Below, piece by piece: positions 1 through 10,047 of a stretch of 64,000 nucleotides of DNA. This DNA comes from an uncultured Christensenella sp. (GTDB lineage: Bacteria; Bacillota; Clostridia; Christensenellales; UBA1242). Within the stretch, counting starts at the first letter, position 1; each line of letters starts with the position of its first letter. Below the pieces are notes generated by a model. That model saw only the letters and a program-made list of their open reading frames with translations, ran no database searches and had not been told where the DNA came from. The stretch covers positions 7,407 to 71,406 of the forward strand of contig CAZMBC010000005.1 in the NCBI GenBank assembly GCA_964564685.1, read 5' to 3'. The translations under genes were made by a program, and so were the position numbers.

Positions 1-345
1 ATTGTTTCGCTAGCAAAGCGCGAGGAAGAGGTGTTTTTGCCTAACACAAGCCAGCCTGTTATTATTTCCAAAGATAGTTATGCACTAAAACTTTTGCAAG
101 CGGTTAGGGACGAAAGTCACCGTTTTGCAATAACTTTTCACCGTTCGTTAAGGCATAACAAAACACTAGAATCGGAATTGCTTAAGATAAATGGGGTGGG
201 TAAAAAGACTGTGGATGTGCTTTTTAAACACTTTAAAAGTTTGCAAAAAATTGCCTCCGCTAGTTTTGCCCAATTAATAGAGATTAAAGGCGTTTCAAAA
301 ACCCAAGCAGAAAATATTTTAAAGCATTTTCAGCAAAAAAAATAA
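1..345 (+). CDS. uvrC: Excinuclease ABC subunit C, C-terminal fragment (gene continues upstream of window)
   Basis: Frame 1 is open from base 1 (IVSLAKREEEVFLPN...), so the listed Met at 31 is internal. HRFAITFHR is followed by tandem helix-hairpin-helix segments (INGVGKKTVDVLFKHF, IEIKGVSKTQAENI), typical of the UvrC C-terminus. Confidence 0.8.
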   Translation: MVSLAKREEEVFLPNTSQPVIISKDSYALKLLQAVRDESHRFAITFHRSLRHNKTLESELLKINGVGKKTVDVLFKHFKSLQKIASASFAQLIEIKGVSKTQAENILKHFQQKK

Positions 346-368
346 ACCGCTGTACACCATTTTACAAA

Positions 369-417
369 CACTTTGAATATATTAATTATAACTTAATATA
401 TTTAAGGTGTTTTTTTA
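369..417 (+). terminator. Rho-independent terminator after uvrC
   Basis: 17-bp stem (cactttgaatatattaa / ttaatatatttaaggtg, with G:U pairs), 7-nt loop, then a run of 8 T. Confidence 0.7.
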
Positions 418-468
418 TTTGCGTTATTAAGTTATTTAATTGAAAAAAATATTATTTTAGGGTAAAAT

Positions 469-1383
469 ATGAGTAGTGATTATTGTTATGTGTTCAGAAA
501 ACTAAAAAAGTGCCTGCCAAAAGGTGCAGTTAAAAAAAATGAGCCAATGGCAAACCACACATCATTTAAAATTGGTGGCAAGGCAAAAATTTTTGCGCAA
601 TTGGCCAGCCTAGAACAAATAATTTTGGCGCTTGAAATTGTTAAACGCAAAAAGGTTAAATTTTTTGTTATGGGTAAGGGTACAAACTTGCTTTTTAGCG
701 ATAAAGGATATGACGGTGTGGTGCTTAAAATTTCGGAAGACTTTAACCACATATATCACAAAAACAATATTATTGTTTGCGAAAGTGGCATTAGCATTAA
801 CGGGCTATGTGCCTATGCGTGTGAGCACGGTATATCCGGGCTAGAGCATGCAATAGGCATCCCGGGCAGTGTAGGTGGCGCTGTGTACATGAATGCGCGC
901 GCTTTTGACTACGAAACCGCTAATTGTGTTACAAGCGTTTTGGCACTTATTGATGGCAAAATAACATTACTAAACAATAAAGACTGCAACTTTTCTTATA
1001 AACATTCGGTGTTTATGGAACACAAAAATGCAATTATATTGCAAGTGGAATTTACACTGGCTAAGGGTAATAAAGAGGATATCCAAATGCAGTATTTACA
1101 AACTATGGCAACTCGCAAAGAAAAACAGCCCTTAAATTACCCCTCAGCAGGATGTATGTTTAAGCAACACGAACAAATTAATGTTAGTAAGGCAATAGAT
1201 GATGACGGGTTTAAGGGATATACTGTTGGTGGAGCGCAAGTAAGCACAAAACACGCAAATTTTATTGTAAACATTGGTGGCGCAACAAGTAGTGATGTGC
1301 TACAAATAGTGCAGGTTATAAAACAGCACTTTAAAAACAAATATAGCATCGATTTGGAATGTGAAGTAGAATACATAAATTAA
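469..1383 (+). CDS. murB: UDP-N-acetylenolpyruvoylglucosamine reductase
   Basis: 304 aa with NHTSFKIGG, GKGTNLLFSDKGYDGVV and GIPGSVGGAVYMNA (FAD-binding MurB motifs). Confidence 0.9.
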   Translation: MSSDYCYVFRKLKKCLPKGAVKKNEPMANHTSFKIGGKAKIFAQLASLEQIILALEIVKRKKVKFFVMGKGTNLLFSDKGYDGVVLKISEDFNHIYHKNNIIVCESGISINGLCAYACEHGISGLEHAIGIPGSVGGAVYMNARAFDYETANCVTSVLALIDGKITLLNNKDCNFSYKHSVFMEHKNAIILQVEFTLAKGNKEDIQMQYLQTMATRKEKQPLNYPSAGCMFKQHEQINVSKAIDDDGFKGYTVGGAQVSTKHANFIVNIGGATSSDVLQIVQVIKQHFKNKYSIDLECEVEYIN

Positions 1384-1397
1384 AAAGGAAAAAAGAT

Positions 1398-2150
1398 ATG
1401 ATTTTATTTGGTGACTATCATACACACACAATATACACACATGGCACGGGGACAATTGAAGATAATGTTAAGGTTGCAATAAAAAGAGGCTTAAAGCAAA
1501 TTGCAATAACCGAACACTCATTTTCGCACATGGGCTATGGTGTGTCCCGCGGGGAGTATAACCTTATGCGTGTAGAAATTGAGCGCTTAAGAAAAAAGTA
1601 TGGCAAGCAAATTGATATTCTTTGTGGGCTAGAAAGCAACATCCTATCTTTAGATGGTCAAATTGACCTAGGCGAGGACGAGCGTGGCTTGGTGGATATT
1701 TTGGTTGTGGGATTTCACAAGGGGTTTAAGTGCCCAAATATAAAAAGTTTTTTTAATTTTTGGTTGCCTAATGTTGTGGGCAATAGCACCAAAAACAAAA
1801 GACAAATAGAAAAAAACACTATGGCGTACATAAACGCACTTCGCCGTTATAAAATAGATATACTTTCTCATCTTAACTCCAACAGATGTAAAGTAGATCC
1901 TGTTGCAATTGCAAAAGTTGCTAAAGAGGTGGGTACTTATATAGAACTAAACGGCAAGCGTATTGATTTTTCGGATGAAGAAATTAGGGGCATGATAGAA
2001 ACGGGCGTTAAGTTTGTAATTAACAGTGACGCACACAAGGCTTGCAATGTTGGCAGATGTCCGGACGGACTTGCGATTGTAGAAAAGTATAATATACCCG
2101 TACAACAAGTTGCCAATTTGGACAAACTTCCTAAACTAAAAACTTACTAG
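1398..2150 (+). CDS. PHP-family metal-dependent phosphoesterase
   Basis: N-terminal DYHTHT metal-binding motif, internal EHSFSH, C-terminal NSDAH. 250 aa with an SD upstream. Confidence 0.7.
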   Translation: MILFGDYHTHTIYTHGTGTIEDNVKVAIKRGLKQIAITEHSFSHMGYGVSRGEYNLMRVEIERLRKKYGKQIDILCGLESNILSLDGQIDLGEDERGLVDILVVGFHKGFKCPNIKSFFNFWLPNVVGNSTKNKRQIEKNTMAYINALRRYKIDILSHLNSNRCKVDPVAIAKVAKEVGTYIELNGKRIDFSDEEIRGMIETGVKFVINSDAHKACNVGRCPDGLAIVEKYNIPVQQVANLDKLPKLKTY

Positions 2151-2161
2151 AGGTAACAACA

Positions 2162-2938
2162 ATGGATAACATGCCCATTTTGGACGGATTTTACAATAGC
2201 CCATGTTTTTTAACTGCAGAAAAAAGCGAAGGCGAGCACATGAGATTTGCCAAGGAATATGTAAAAAAACACAACATAAGCACTGCAATTTTGGTGTTTA
2301 ATAAAAACATCAACAAAACGCTTTTTAAGGGTATTAAAAAAATAGGCGAAATAAGGTCGGGCGAAGATACACGCCCAATTTATGCCTACAAAGGTGTTTT
2401 GATTGTTGCACCATTTGTTGGCAGTGCAAATGCAAGTGCTATTATGGAAGAGCTTAATGTTTTGGGGCTTAAAAATTATATTGCAGCAGGCAGTGCAGGG
2501 CTAATTGATACAAATCTTGACGAAAGCAAGTTGCTTGTTGTAAACCGCGCTATTAGGGACGAGGGCTCATCATACTTTTATGCGCCACCTGCCCTTTATG
2601 CCAGCACCAGCCCCCAACTAACTAATGCCATTACAAACACGCTTAAAAGCCAAAATATTCCATTTGAAATTGGAACAACATGGACGGTGGAATGCTTTTA
2701 TAAGGAAAGCAAGGCACGAATTGAAAAACGACGCAAGCAAGGTGCGGTTGCTGTAGAAATGGAGTGCGCAACTTGGTGTGCGGTGGCAGAACATTTGGGT
2801 GTTAATTTTGGGCAAATTTTATACTTTTCGGATAAAGTAATAAACGAAGATTGGAACAGAAACAAAATTGGCAGGGATAATGTGGATTTAAAAAACAAAA
2901 TAACCCTGCTTTGTGTAGAAATATCAAAAAATTTATGA
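2162..2938 (+). CDS. PNP/UDP-family nucleoside phosphorylase-like protein
   Basis: AAGSAGLI and VAVEMECATW resemble the phosphorylase core; compare GVEMESAAL in deoD in this window. Substrate unknown. Confidence 0.6.
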   Translation: MDNMPILDGFYNSPCFLTAEKSEGEHMRFAKEYVKKHNISTAILVFNKNINKTLFKGIKKIGEIRSGEDTRPIYAYKGVLIVAPFVGSANASAIMEELNVLGLKNYIAAGSAGLIDTNLDESKLLVVNRAIRDEGSSYFYAPPALYASTSPQLTNAITNTLKSQNIPFEIGTTWTVECFYKESKARIEKRRKQGAVAVEMECATWCAVAEHLGVNFGQILYFSDKVINEDWNRNKIGRDNVDLKNKITLLCVEISKNL

Positions 2939-2945
2939 GGATAAT

Positions 2946-3944
2946 ATGAGTTTTGCATATGACGCAAAATTAGAAGTGCTAAAAGAGGAGATAAGTAGCG
3001 ATTGCTGTGCAATAGCCTTTTTAAGCGCAATAATTAAATGTAGTGGACAACTTAATATTAGTGATAAAAAATATGTTGTGGAAATATTTACAGAAATCAA
3101 AGAACTTTACGACAAAATAAACCACATAATTGTTCAATATTATGGCGAGGAATGCACGCTTGAAATTGCGGAGGATACAAACATTGCAAAAAATATTCGA
3201 TATCGCATTACTTTGCCCGAAAACATAACCGACCAGCTTTTGGTGGACTTGGGCATTATGGGTGTGGATGAAGAAAATTGCAAGTGCATAAACAACGGCA
3301 TATCCAGCTTTTTAGTAATTGATGAGTGTTGTAAAAAATCTTACATTAAGGGTGCGTTTGTTAGTTGTGCAACCAGCAACATTGTTATTAAAAACTATAA
3401 CAACGAAAGCAAAAACACAAGTGGATATCACCTGGAATTTGTGTTTAACTTTGAAAATTTAGCAGAGGATTTTATTAAATTACTTGCAGAGTTTGGCATT
3501 ACGGCAAAATTTACTGTGCGCAAAAATTCGCCTCTTGTTTATATTAAGGAATATCAATTAATTTGCGACACACTTGCGCTTGTTGGTGCTTCTAAAAGTG
3601 TGTTGGCGCTTCAGAACGAAGCTGCAATTAGGGATGTAAGAAACAATGTCAACCGCCAAACAAACTGTTTTAATGCAAACCTTAACAAAACGGTTAAGGC
3701 CTCTGTTAAGCAACTTAATGCTATTAAAACAATTCAGGATACCATTGGGCTTGAAAGCTTGGATGAAGGGTTAATGGAACTTTGCCTTTTACGCCTTGCC
3801 AACCCTGAGGAAAGTTTGGACAAGCTAAAAAACTTGTGCAGTTTTCCTATAACAAAAAGCGGAATAAATCACCGCTTTGAGCGCATTATTAAAATTGCGG
3901 ACGAAATAAAAAAAGAAAAATTTACTTTTACAAACAGAATTTAA
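2946..3944 (+). CDS. whiA: DNA-binding protein WhiA
   Basis: N-terminus SFAYDAKLEVLKEE...CCAIAFLSAIIKCSG and C-terminal HTH (PITKSGINHRFERIIKIA) match WhiA architecture. 332 aa. Confidence 0.85.
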   Translation: MSFAYDAKLEVLKEEISSDCCAIAFLSAIIKCSGQLNISDKKYVVEIFTEIKELYDKINHIIVQYYGEECTLEIAEDTNIAKNIRYRITLPENITDQLLVDLGIMGVDEENCKCINNGISSFLVIDECCKKSYIKGAFVSCATSNIVIKNYNNESKNTSGYHLEFVFNFENLAEDFIKLLAEFGITAKFTVRKNSPLVYIKEYQLICDTLALVGASKSVLALQNEAAIRDVRNNVNRQTNCFNANLNKTVKASVKQLNAIKTIQDTIGLESLDEGLMELCLLRLANPEESLDKLKNLCSFPITKSGINHRFERIIKIADEIKKEKFTFTNRI

Positions 3945-3968
3945 ACTAACAAATTTAGGAGAAACACT

Positions 3969-6900
3969 ATGGGAAATTTTGTTCACTTGCATGTTCATAC
4001 CGAATACAGTTTGCTTGATGGTGCAGCGCGCATTGAAAAACTGGTTAAGGTGTGCAAGCAGTATGGCATGCCTGCTGTTGCAATAACCGACCACGGAAAC
4101 ATGTATGGTTGTGTGCCATTTTATGACGCGTGCAAAAAGGCGGGAATTAAGCCCATTTTTGGTTGCGAGTTTTATGTTGCGGATGACCTTAATGTTAAGC
4201 ATGGCAAAACAAAATTAGCGCACTTGGTTCTTCTTGCAAAAAACCGTGAGGGCTATTTAAACTTGGCAAAATTAAACACAATAGCCTTTAGAGATGGGTT
4301 TTATTACAAACCCCGCATAGACTATAAAACGCTTGAACAATATTCTAGCGGTGTGGTTTGCCTTTCTGCATGCTTGGCGGGCGATATTCCACAACTTATT
4401 CTAAAGCGCCAATATGAAGAAGCCGAGAAACTTGTGGTGTGGTTTAAAAACTTATTTAAGGATGATTTTTATTTAGAAATTCAAAACCACCTTATAGAAG
4501 AGCAAATCGAGGTTAACCTTAAGTTAAAAGAGTTTGCTTTAAAGCATAATATTAAACTTGTTGCAACGAACGATGTACACTACATTTACAAGGAAGATAG
4601 CGAATTTCAGGATGTGCTTATGTGCGTGCAAATGGGTAAAACTATTGACGACCCTGACCGCTTAAAGTTTGCCACAAACGAGTTTTATTTTAAAACCTAC
4701 GAACAAATGGCGGAGATGTTCCCAAACGACCTAGAAGCGCTTGAAAACACGATGGAAATTGTGGAAAAGTGTAATTATGATTTTAAGGAAGACCATATAG
4801 ACGAAAACAAGTATATGTTCCCTAACTTTATTCCGCCTGACGGAAAAGACTGCGTAGAGTACTTGCGCGAATTATGTGAAAACGGGCTTATAAAGCGCTA
4901 TGGCACTGTAACTCCTGTTATAAGAGAGCGTGTTGAACATGAGTTATCGATTATAAACCGTCAAGGTTTTGCGCAATATTTCTTAACAGTGCAGGATTAT
5001 ATTAACGCTGCAAAGCGCATGGGGATACCCGTTGGCCCTGGTCGTGGAAGTGGTGCGGGTTCTGTTGTGGCATATGCAATAGGAATAACCAATATCGACC
5101 CTTTTAAATACGACCTGCTTTTTGAGCGTTTTTTACACACCGAGCGTGTTACTGCGCCCGATTTTGATGTGGACTTTGCAGACGACCGCCGTCAAGAAGT
5201 TATTGACTATGTGCGCAATAAATACGGCGCAGACAAAGTTGTTAAAATATTAACATTTGGCACTATGGCTGCTAAAAACGCAATTAAGGATGTTGGGCGT
5301 GTGCTAAAAGTGCCATATTCCGAAATGGATAAAATAACAAAAGCTATCCCTAACATTTCGGCAAAACATCATGACGTAATTCAAAAGGCGTTTGGCTTTT
5401 ATCACCCTAAAGAGGGCGACAAGGATTATGGCACAGATTATAGTGTACCAGAGCTTGTAGAGGCTTATAATAACAACGATGATGTTAAGCGCGTTGTGGA
5501 TATTGCCATGAAGGTAGAGGGTATGCCTCGTCAGACCTCTACACATGCTTGTGGCGTTGTTGTTGCCTGTGATGACCTTATGCGCTTTATGCCCCTTTCA
5601 CGCAATGGTGACGACCTAACCACTCAATACTCATTTGCGGATATTGAACGTTTAGGACACTTAAAAATGGACTTTTTGGGGCTTCGTAACTTAAATGATA
5701 TTTCAAAATGTATAAGTTATGTTAAACAAAATCATGGCGTTGATATAGACTTTGAACATTCAAACTACGACGACCCAAATGTTTACAAACTAATTTCTAC
5801 AGGAAACACAAAAGGTATTTTCCAAATTGAAAGTGGTGGCTTTCAAAAGTTTATGAAAGAGTTGCAACCAACCTGCATAGAAGATATTATTGCGGCGGTG
5901 TCGCTGTATCGTCCAGGTCCAATGGATAGTATTCCAAGATACATTAAAAACAAACATAATCCTCAAGAAACTACCTACGACCACCCAATCTTGGAAAACA
6001 TCCTTAATGTAACCTATGGCTGTATTGTATATCAGGAGCAAGTAATGAGAATTGTACAGGATATGGCAGGATATACATTAGGTCAGGCCGATATGGTGCG
6101 TCGTATGATGGGTAAAAAGAAGATGGACGCCATGATAGCCGAGCGTCAGGTGTTCCTATACGGCAAACCCGCCGAAAACGGCAAGCCTGCTATAGATGGT
6201 GCAATTAAAAGAGGAGTTAGTGAAGAGGTTGCAAATAAAGTTTGGAGCGAAATGGAATCTTTTGCATCTTATGCTTTTAACAAATCACACTCTGCCGCTT
6301 ATTCATATATAACATATCAAACGGCATATTTAAAATGCTATTACGAGCCCGAGTTTTTAACCAGTTTGTTAAACAATCGAATTACAAACTCGGAAGAAAT
6401 TAAAAACTATGTTACCTATGCTAAAGAAGAAAAAATTGAGGTTCTTCCACCAGACATAAACAAAAGCGAAACCTATTTTTCGGTTAAAGATAACAAAATT
6501 CGTTTTGGCCTTGCTGCACTTAAGAATGTTGGCATTGGTGTTGTGGATTTAATTATTGAAGAACGCAACCGCAATGGCGAGTTTAAGGACTTTTACGATT
6601 TTATTAACCGTGTAGATACTTCTGCACACAACAAGCGTTGTATTGAAAGTATGATTTTAAGTGGTGCGTGCGATTGTTTTGGTATTAAGCGCAGTGCACT
6701 TATGATGGTTTATTCGCAAATTATTGATCGCGTTGCAAGCGACCGCAAGCGTGCCTCAACGGGGCAAATGTCGTTGTTTGGCTTGGATGCTTTTACCGAT
6801 AGTTGTGATGTTAAAATAGAGTATCCAAATGTTAGCGAGTATGATAACGCAACTAAACTTAAACTAGAAAAAGAGGTTGTTGGTGTTTACATTTCGGGTC

Positions 6901-7529
6901 ATCCATTAAGCAACTTTGTAAATAAGTTTAGTTCTTATAACCTTACTAGCGACATGCTAACTTATGATGAAGAAGAAAAAGACCAACTTATGGATGATGA
7001 CGAACAAGTAGAGCAGGAGTTTGATGGCTTAACTGATGGCATGGAAGTTACATGCGGTGGTTTGTTAACGGATGTGCGCAAGTTGTTAAGTAAACGCACA
7101 AACAAAGAAATGGCTGTTGCAAAACTAGAAGACTTGTATGGCACAATGGAAATAATGGTGTTCCCAAATGTGTATCCAAAGGTTAAGGATGTTTTAAAGG
7201 CGGATAATTTAGTAACAGTAAAAGGAAAGTTAAGCATTCGCTCGGGCGAAGCACCTATTGTAATTGTGGATAGTATTAGTGTTTGGGAAAAAGAAGAACA
7301 AAAAGCAGAAGAAACTCATAAGCTTTATTTAATGTATGATTTGTTTAATAACGAAATTAACAAAAAAATTGTAAGCGTTTTAAGTTGTTATCCTGGCAAG
7401 CTAGAAGTTGTGGTTAAAAATAGCGGAGATGGAAAACCTTATAAATTGGGCATATGTGTTGAAAATAACAAACAAATGCTAGATGAATTACATGCTTATA
7501 TAAGTGATGAATATATAAAGGTTAGGTAA
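3969..7529 (+). CDS. dnaE: DNA polymerase III alpha subunit (DnaE type)
   Basis: N-terminal PHP (FVHLHVHTEYSLLDGA), polymerase core (GPGRGSGAGSVVAYAIGIT, PDFDVDF), C-terminal OB region. 1186 aa, no PolC-type exonuclease insertion. Confidence 0.95.
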   Translation: MGNFVHLHVHTEYSLLDGAARIEKLVKVCKQYGMPAVAITDHGNMYGCVPFYDACKKAGIKPIFGCEFYVADDLNVKHGKTKLAHLVLLAKNREGYLNLAKLNTIAFRDGFYYKPRIDYKTLEQYSSGVVCLSACLAGDIPQLILKRQYEEAEKLVVWFKNLFKDDFYLEIQNHLIEEQIEVNLKLKEFALKHNIKLVATNDVHYIYKEDSEFQDVLMCVQMGKTIDDPDRLKFATNEFYFKTYEQMAEMFPNDLEALENTMEIVEKCNYDFKEDHIDENKYMFPNFIPPDGKDCVEYLRELCENGLIKRYGTVTPVIRERVEHELSIINRQGFAQYFLTVQDYINAAKRMGIPVGPGRGSGAGSVVAYAIGITNIDPFKYDLLFERFLHTERVTAPDFDVDFADDRRQEVIDYVRNKYGADKVVKILTFGTMAAKNAIKDVGRVLKVPYSEMDKITKAIPNISAKHHDVIQKAFGFYHPKEGDKDYGTDYSVPELVEAYNNNDDVKRVVDIAMKVEGMPRQTSTHACGVVVACDDLMRFMPLSRNGDDLTTQYSFADIERLGHLKMDFLGLRNLNDISKCISYVKQNHGVDIDFEHSNYDDPNVYKLISTGNTKGIFQIESGGFQKFMKELQPTCIEDIIAAVSLYRPGPMDSIPRYIKNKHNPQETTYDHPILENILNVTYGCIVYQEQVMRIVQDMAGYTLGQADMVRRMMGKKKMDAMIAERQVFLYGKPAENGKPAIDGAIKRGVSEEVANKVWSEMESFASYAFNKSHSAAYSYITYQTAYLKCYYEPEFLTSLLNNRITNSEEIKNYVTYAKEEKIEVLPPDINKSETYFSVKDNKIRFGLAALKNVGIGVVDLIIEERNRNGEFKDFYDFINRVDTSAHNKRCIESMILSGACDCFGIKRSALMMVYSQIIDRVASDRKRASTGQMSLFGLDAFTDSCDVKIEYPNVSEYDNATKLKLEKEVVGVYISGHPLSNFVNKFSSYNLTSDMLTYDEEEKDQLMDDDEQVEQEFDGLTDGMEVTCGGLLTDVRKLLSKRTNKEMAVAKLEDLYGTMEIMVFPNVYPKVKDVLKADNLVTVKGKLSIRSGEAPIVIVDSISVWEKEEQKAEETHKLYLMYDLFNNEINKKIVSVLSCYPGKLEVVVKNSGDGKPYKLGICVENNKQMLDELHAYISDEYIKVR

Positions 7530-7534
7530 TTAAT

Positions 7535-8503
7535 ATGGAAAGAATAGCAATAATTTGTAGCGGTGGCGATTGCCAGGGCATGAATGCATGTATAAAAACT
7601 ATTGTTCGAACTTGCGAAACGCATAACATCATTCCAATTGCGGTTAATAGAGGATATGCGGGGTTAATTGAAAACGATATGAGCTTTTTAAACCATGATA
7701 TGGTGGAAAATATTGACAACCTTGGCGGGGCATTTATAAAAGTATCTCGCAGTAAAGAGTTTACAACCCCTGCAGGCCTAAAAAAAGCGGTGGCAAACTT
7801 GCAAAAAAACAAAATTGATGGTGTAATTATTTTGGGCGGAAATGGCTCGTTTAAGGGTGCTGAAAACCTAGTAAAACACGGGATTAACGTAATTGCTATT
7901 CCTGCAACTATAGATAACGACTTGTTTTACACTGACCGCTCGTTGGGTTTTGATACTGCAGTAAACAATGCAGTTAATGCAATAGATAGCATTCGCCAAA
8001 CAATTTCGGCTACAGATCGTGGTCTTGTTGTGGAGGTTATGGGCAGAGATTGTGGTGCAATTGCACTAAACACAGCATTTGCCACTTGTGCCCACGCGCT
8101 TGCTTGCAAGGAACTAAACACCACAATAAAAGATGTGGTTGCGGATGTAAAAAAGATTATGCAATACGGCATAACCTCACCCGTAGTTGTGGTTAGCGAA
8201 AATTGCGATTTTAGAGTTGCAGATATTCAAAACGCCTTAGAAAAAGAACTTAAAATAGTAACTCGCTCGTCTGTTTTGGGCTATTTGTTAAGAGGTGGAG
8301 CGCCAAGTGTTTTGGATAGAATTTTGGCAATTAATTTTGGCATAACGGCAGTTGAATTGCTAATTTCTGGGCAATATAATTTGGCTTTGGGAACAAATGA
8401 CAACAAGGTTTTTGCCTGCCCACTTGCTCAAGCCAACAAAGTTAAACAACATTTTGACTATGCATCAGTTAAAAAGCTGCGCAAGCTGTATAATTTAGAT
8501 TAG
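7535..8503 (+). CDS. pfkA: ATP-dependent 6-phosphofructokinase
   Basis: SGGDCQGMNA, GGNGSF, IPATIDND and MGRDCG motifs. 322 aa. Confidence 0.9.
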   Translation: MERIAIICSGGDCQGMNACIKTIVRTCETHNIIPIAVNRGYAGLIENDMSFLNHDMVENIDNLGGAFIKVSRSKEFTTPAGLKKAVANLQKNKIDGVIILGGNGSFKGAENLVKHGINVIAIPATIDNDLFYTDRSLGFDTAVNNAVNAIDSIRQTISATDRGLVVEVMGRDCGAIALNTAFATCAHALACKELNTTIKDVVADVKKIMQYGITSPVVVVSENCDFRVADIQNALEKELKIVTRSSVLGYLLRGGAPSVLDRILAINFGITAVELLISGQYNLALGTNDNKVFACPLAQANKVKQHFDYASVKKLRKLYNLD

Positions 8504-8534
8504 TTTGTATGGTATCAAGAACAACAAAAAGAAC

Positions 8535-8563
8535 TTGCAATATAGATGTTTATATGATAAAAT
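8535..8563 (+). promoter_or_regulatory. Sigma-70-type promoter for the 8587 orphan gene
   Basis: TTGCAA, 17-nt spacer, TAAAAT, with TGn immediately upstream of the -10 (extended -10). Confidence 0.5.
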
Positions 8564-8586
8564 AATATCATATAAAAGGTGAATTA

Positions 8587-9426
8587 ATGACATCAGATAA
8601 GTATTTACTAAACAAAAAAGGAACTGAAGTAATTTTTAAAGAGCCAATAGAAAAAGCAGGCTGGGAGCATAAAGATTATGAAACAAAAACTGCTATGATT
8701 ATTGATTTGAATAATTACTTTAAGAATATTAATGAAATTTGCAATAGCACCGATCATCAATGGTGCATTAACGAACATGCTGTTGGCGCGCCAGGTCGGT
8801 GGGAAAAAGAGGCCCAAAACAACCAGAATATAATGTTAAACGGTTGCTATTTAGATAGATATCCAAGCATTTATAGCACTATGACATACATGGGTAATCT
8901 ATATGATAGGGATATTGCTACAAAAGTAGTTAACTACATTTATCCTAGTTCGGGCAATCTTGGGTTAAATAATGTATTTCTTTTACCCAAGACTATTGAA
9001 ATATATGGTCAGCAAGTGCCATTTGCGGAAAGTTTATTTGAGCTAACCGGCACATATAAGGAGAATAATACAGAAGAGTCAATTTATTCATGTCCTTTTG
9101 ACTATTTAAAAAAAGTTATGAGGCTTATAAGTCTTCCTGCAGAATTTAATCTTGCGTCTTTGCAAGTTTTAGATAATGCTTATGAAAACAGGTATCAAGC
9201 ATTTTTTAACTCTAATCATATTGCTCAAAAATCAAAAGAAGAGCAAGATGCATTTTTTAAACCTTATAAAGATAAAATGATTAAGGAGTTTAATTTAGAA
9301 CCAGAAATGTCATCTGAAGAAATAACTAACAGCATAAAAACTCAACTTAAAAAGTTTGAAAAAGAAAATTATGCTGATACAAAAGATGATTTTACGGTTT
9401 ACCATAAAGGTTTTGATTTTGACTAA
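8587..9426 (+). CDS. Hypothetical protein (279 aa, no recognised domain)
   Basis: Long ORF with SD (AAGGTG), its own promoter and a terminator. Soluble, no TM or signal peptide. I recognise no family motif. Confidence 0.6.
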   Translation: MTSDKYLLNKKGTEVIFKEPIEKAGWEHKDYETKTAMIIDLNNYFKNINEICNSTDHQWCINEHAVGAPGRWEKEAQNNQNIMLNGCYLDRYPSIYSTMTYMGNLYDRDIATKVVNYIYPSSGNLGLNNVFLLPKTIEIYGQQVPFAESLFELTGTYKENNTEESIYSCPFDYLKKVMRLISLPAEFNLASLQVLDNAYENRYQAFFNSNHIAQKSKEEQDAFFKPYKDKMIKEFNLEPEMSSEEITNSIKTQLKKFEKENYADTKDDFTVYHKGFDFD

Positions 9427-9453
9427 AAAAAGCACAAAAATTGTGCTTTTTTT
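9425..9453. terminator. Bidirectional terminator between convergent genes
   Basis: agcacaa-aaa-ttgtgct hairpin flanked by an A-run and a T-run. Confidence 0.7.
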
Positions 9454-9481
9454 AATTATCATGTGCTTGATTTATCAATTG

Positions 9482-9961
9482 TTAATGTTCAGCCTCATGT
9501 ATTTCGTGCTGTTTGTGACTTTCGTGCTGATTTTTTTGATAGTCGCTTCCTGCTTCCGTATGAAAATGCTGCTCATGTGTTTGTGTTGGGGTGTAGTCGC
9601 TTCCTGCCTCGCTTTGTGAGCTTTCTGTTTTGGCGTTATCCTGTGCACGTTCTATGTTTGTATGAAGTTGTGTGTTTTCTGCCTTGGCATTGTCTTGTGC
9701 ACTTTCTGCCTTTGCGGGCATTGCGCTAACCTCTGTTTTTGGCGCTTTCTTTTTTATTTTAAAAAATAACTTACCCTTGTTTTTAATAAGGTTAACAACC
9801 ATAATCACTGCAGCAACCCCAATAAGAACATATACAATCCTACTAAAAATGTTTGATTGGCTTCCAAATAAACCCGCAACAAAATCGAATTGCAATAAGC
9901 CTATTGTAAGCCAGTTTGCACAACCGACTAGCACTAAAATAAATGATGTAATAGATAGCAT
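9482..9961 (-). CDS. DUF378-family membrane protein with long repeat/His-rich C-terminal extension
   Basis: The N-terminal ~70 aa (VLVGCANWLTIGLLQFDFVAGLFG...IVYVLIGVAAV) match the DUF378 two-TM pattern. The remaining ~85 aa are low complexity (AQDNAKxE x2, EAGSDY x2, His-rich end). Confidence 0.75.
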   Translation of the reverse strand: MLSITSFILVLVGCANWLTIGLLQFDFVAGLFGSQSNIFSRIVYVLIGVAAVIMVVNLIKNKGKLFFKIKKKAPKTEVSAMPAKAESAQDNAKAENTQLHTNIERAQDNAKTESSQSEAGSDYTPTQTHEQHFHTEAGSDYQKNQHESHKQHEIHEAEH

Positions 9962-10017
9962 AAATCACCTCTTAAAACTTTATTAATTTTAGTGTGTGAT
10001 AATGTGTAGAAAATATA

Positions 10018-10043
10018 CAAAAAAACTTACACTGTGGTGTAAG
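10018..10043 (-). terminator. Terminator of the 10048-10305 gene
   Basis: cttacac-tgtg-gtgtaag hairpin, followed on the minus strand by a T-run. Confidence 0.6.
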
Positions 10044-10047
10044 CTTT

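Noticed and set aside
9356-9986. Plus-strand ORFs 9356-9619, 9463-9729 and 9672-9986 overlapping the DUF378 gene
   Set aside because: They are shadows of the minus-strand gene and of its repeat tail. Their translations are F/L/C-rich nonsense with no start signals.
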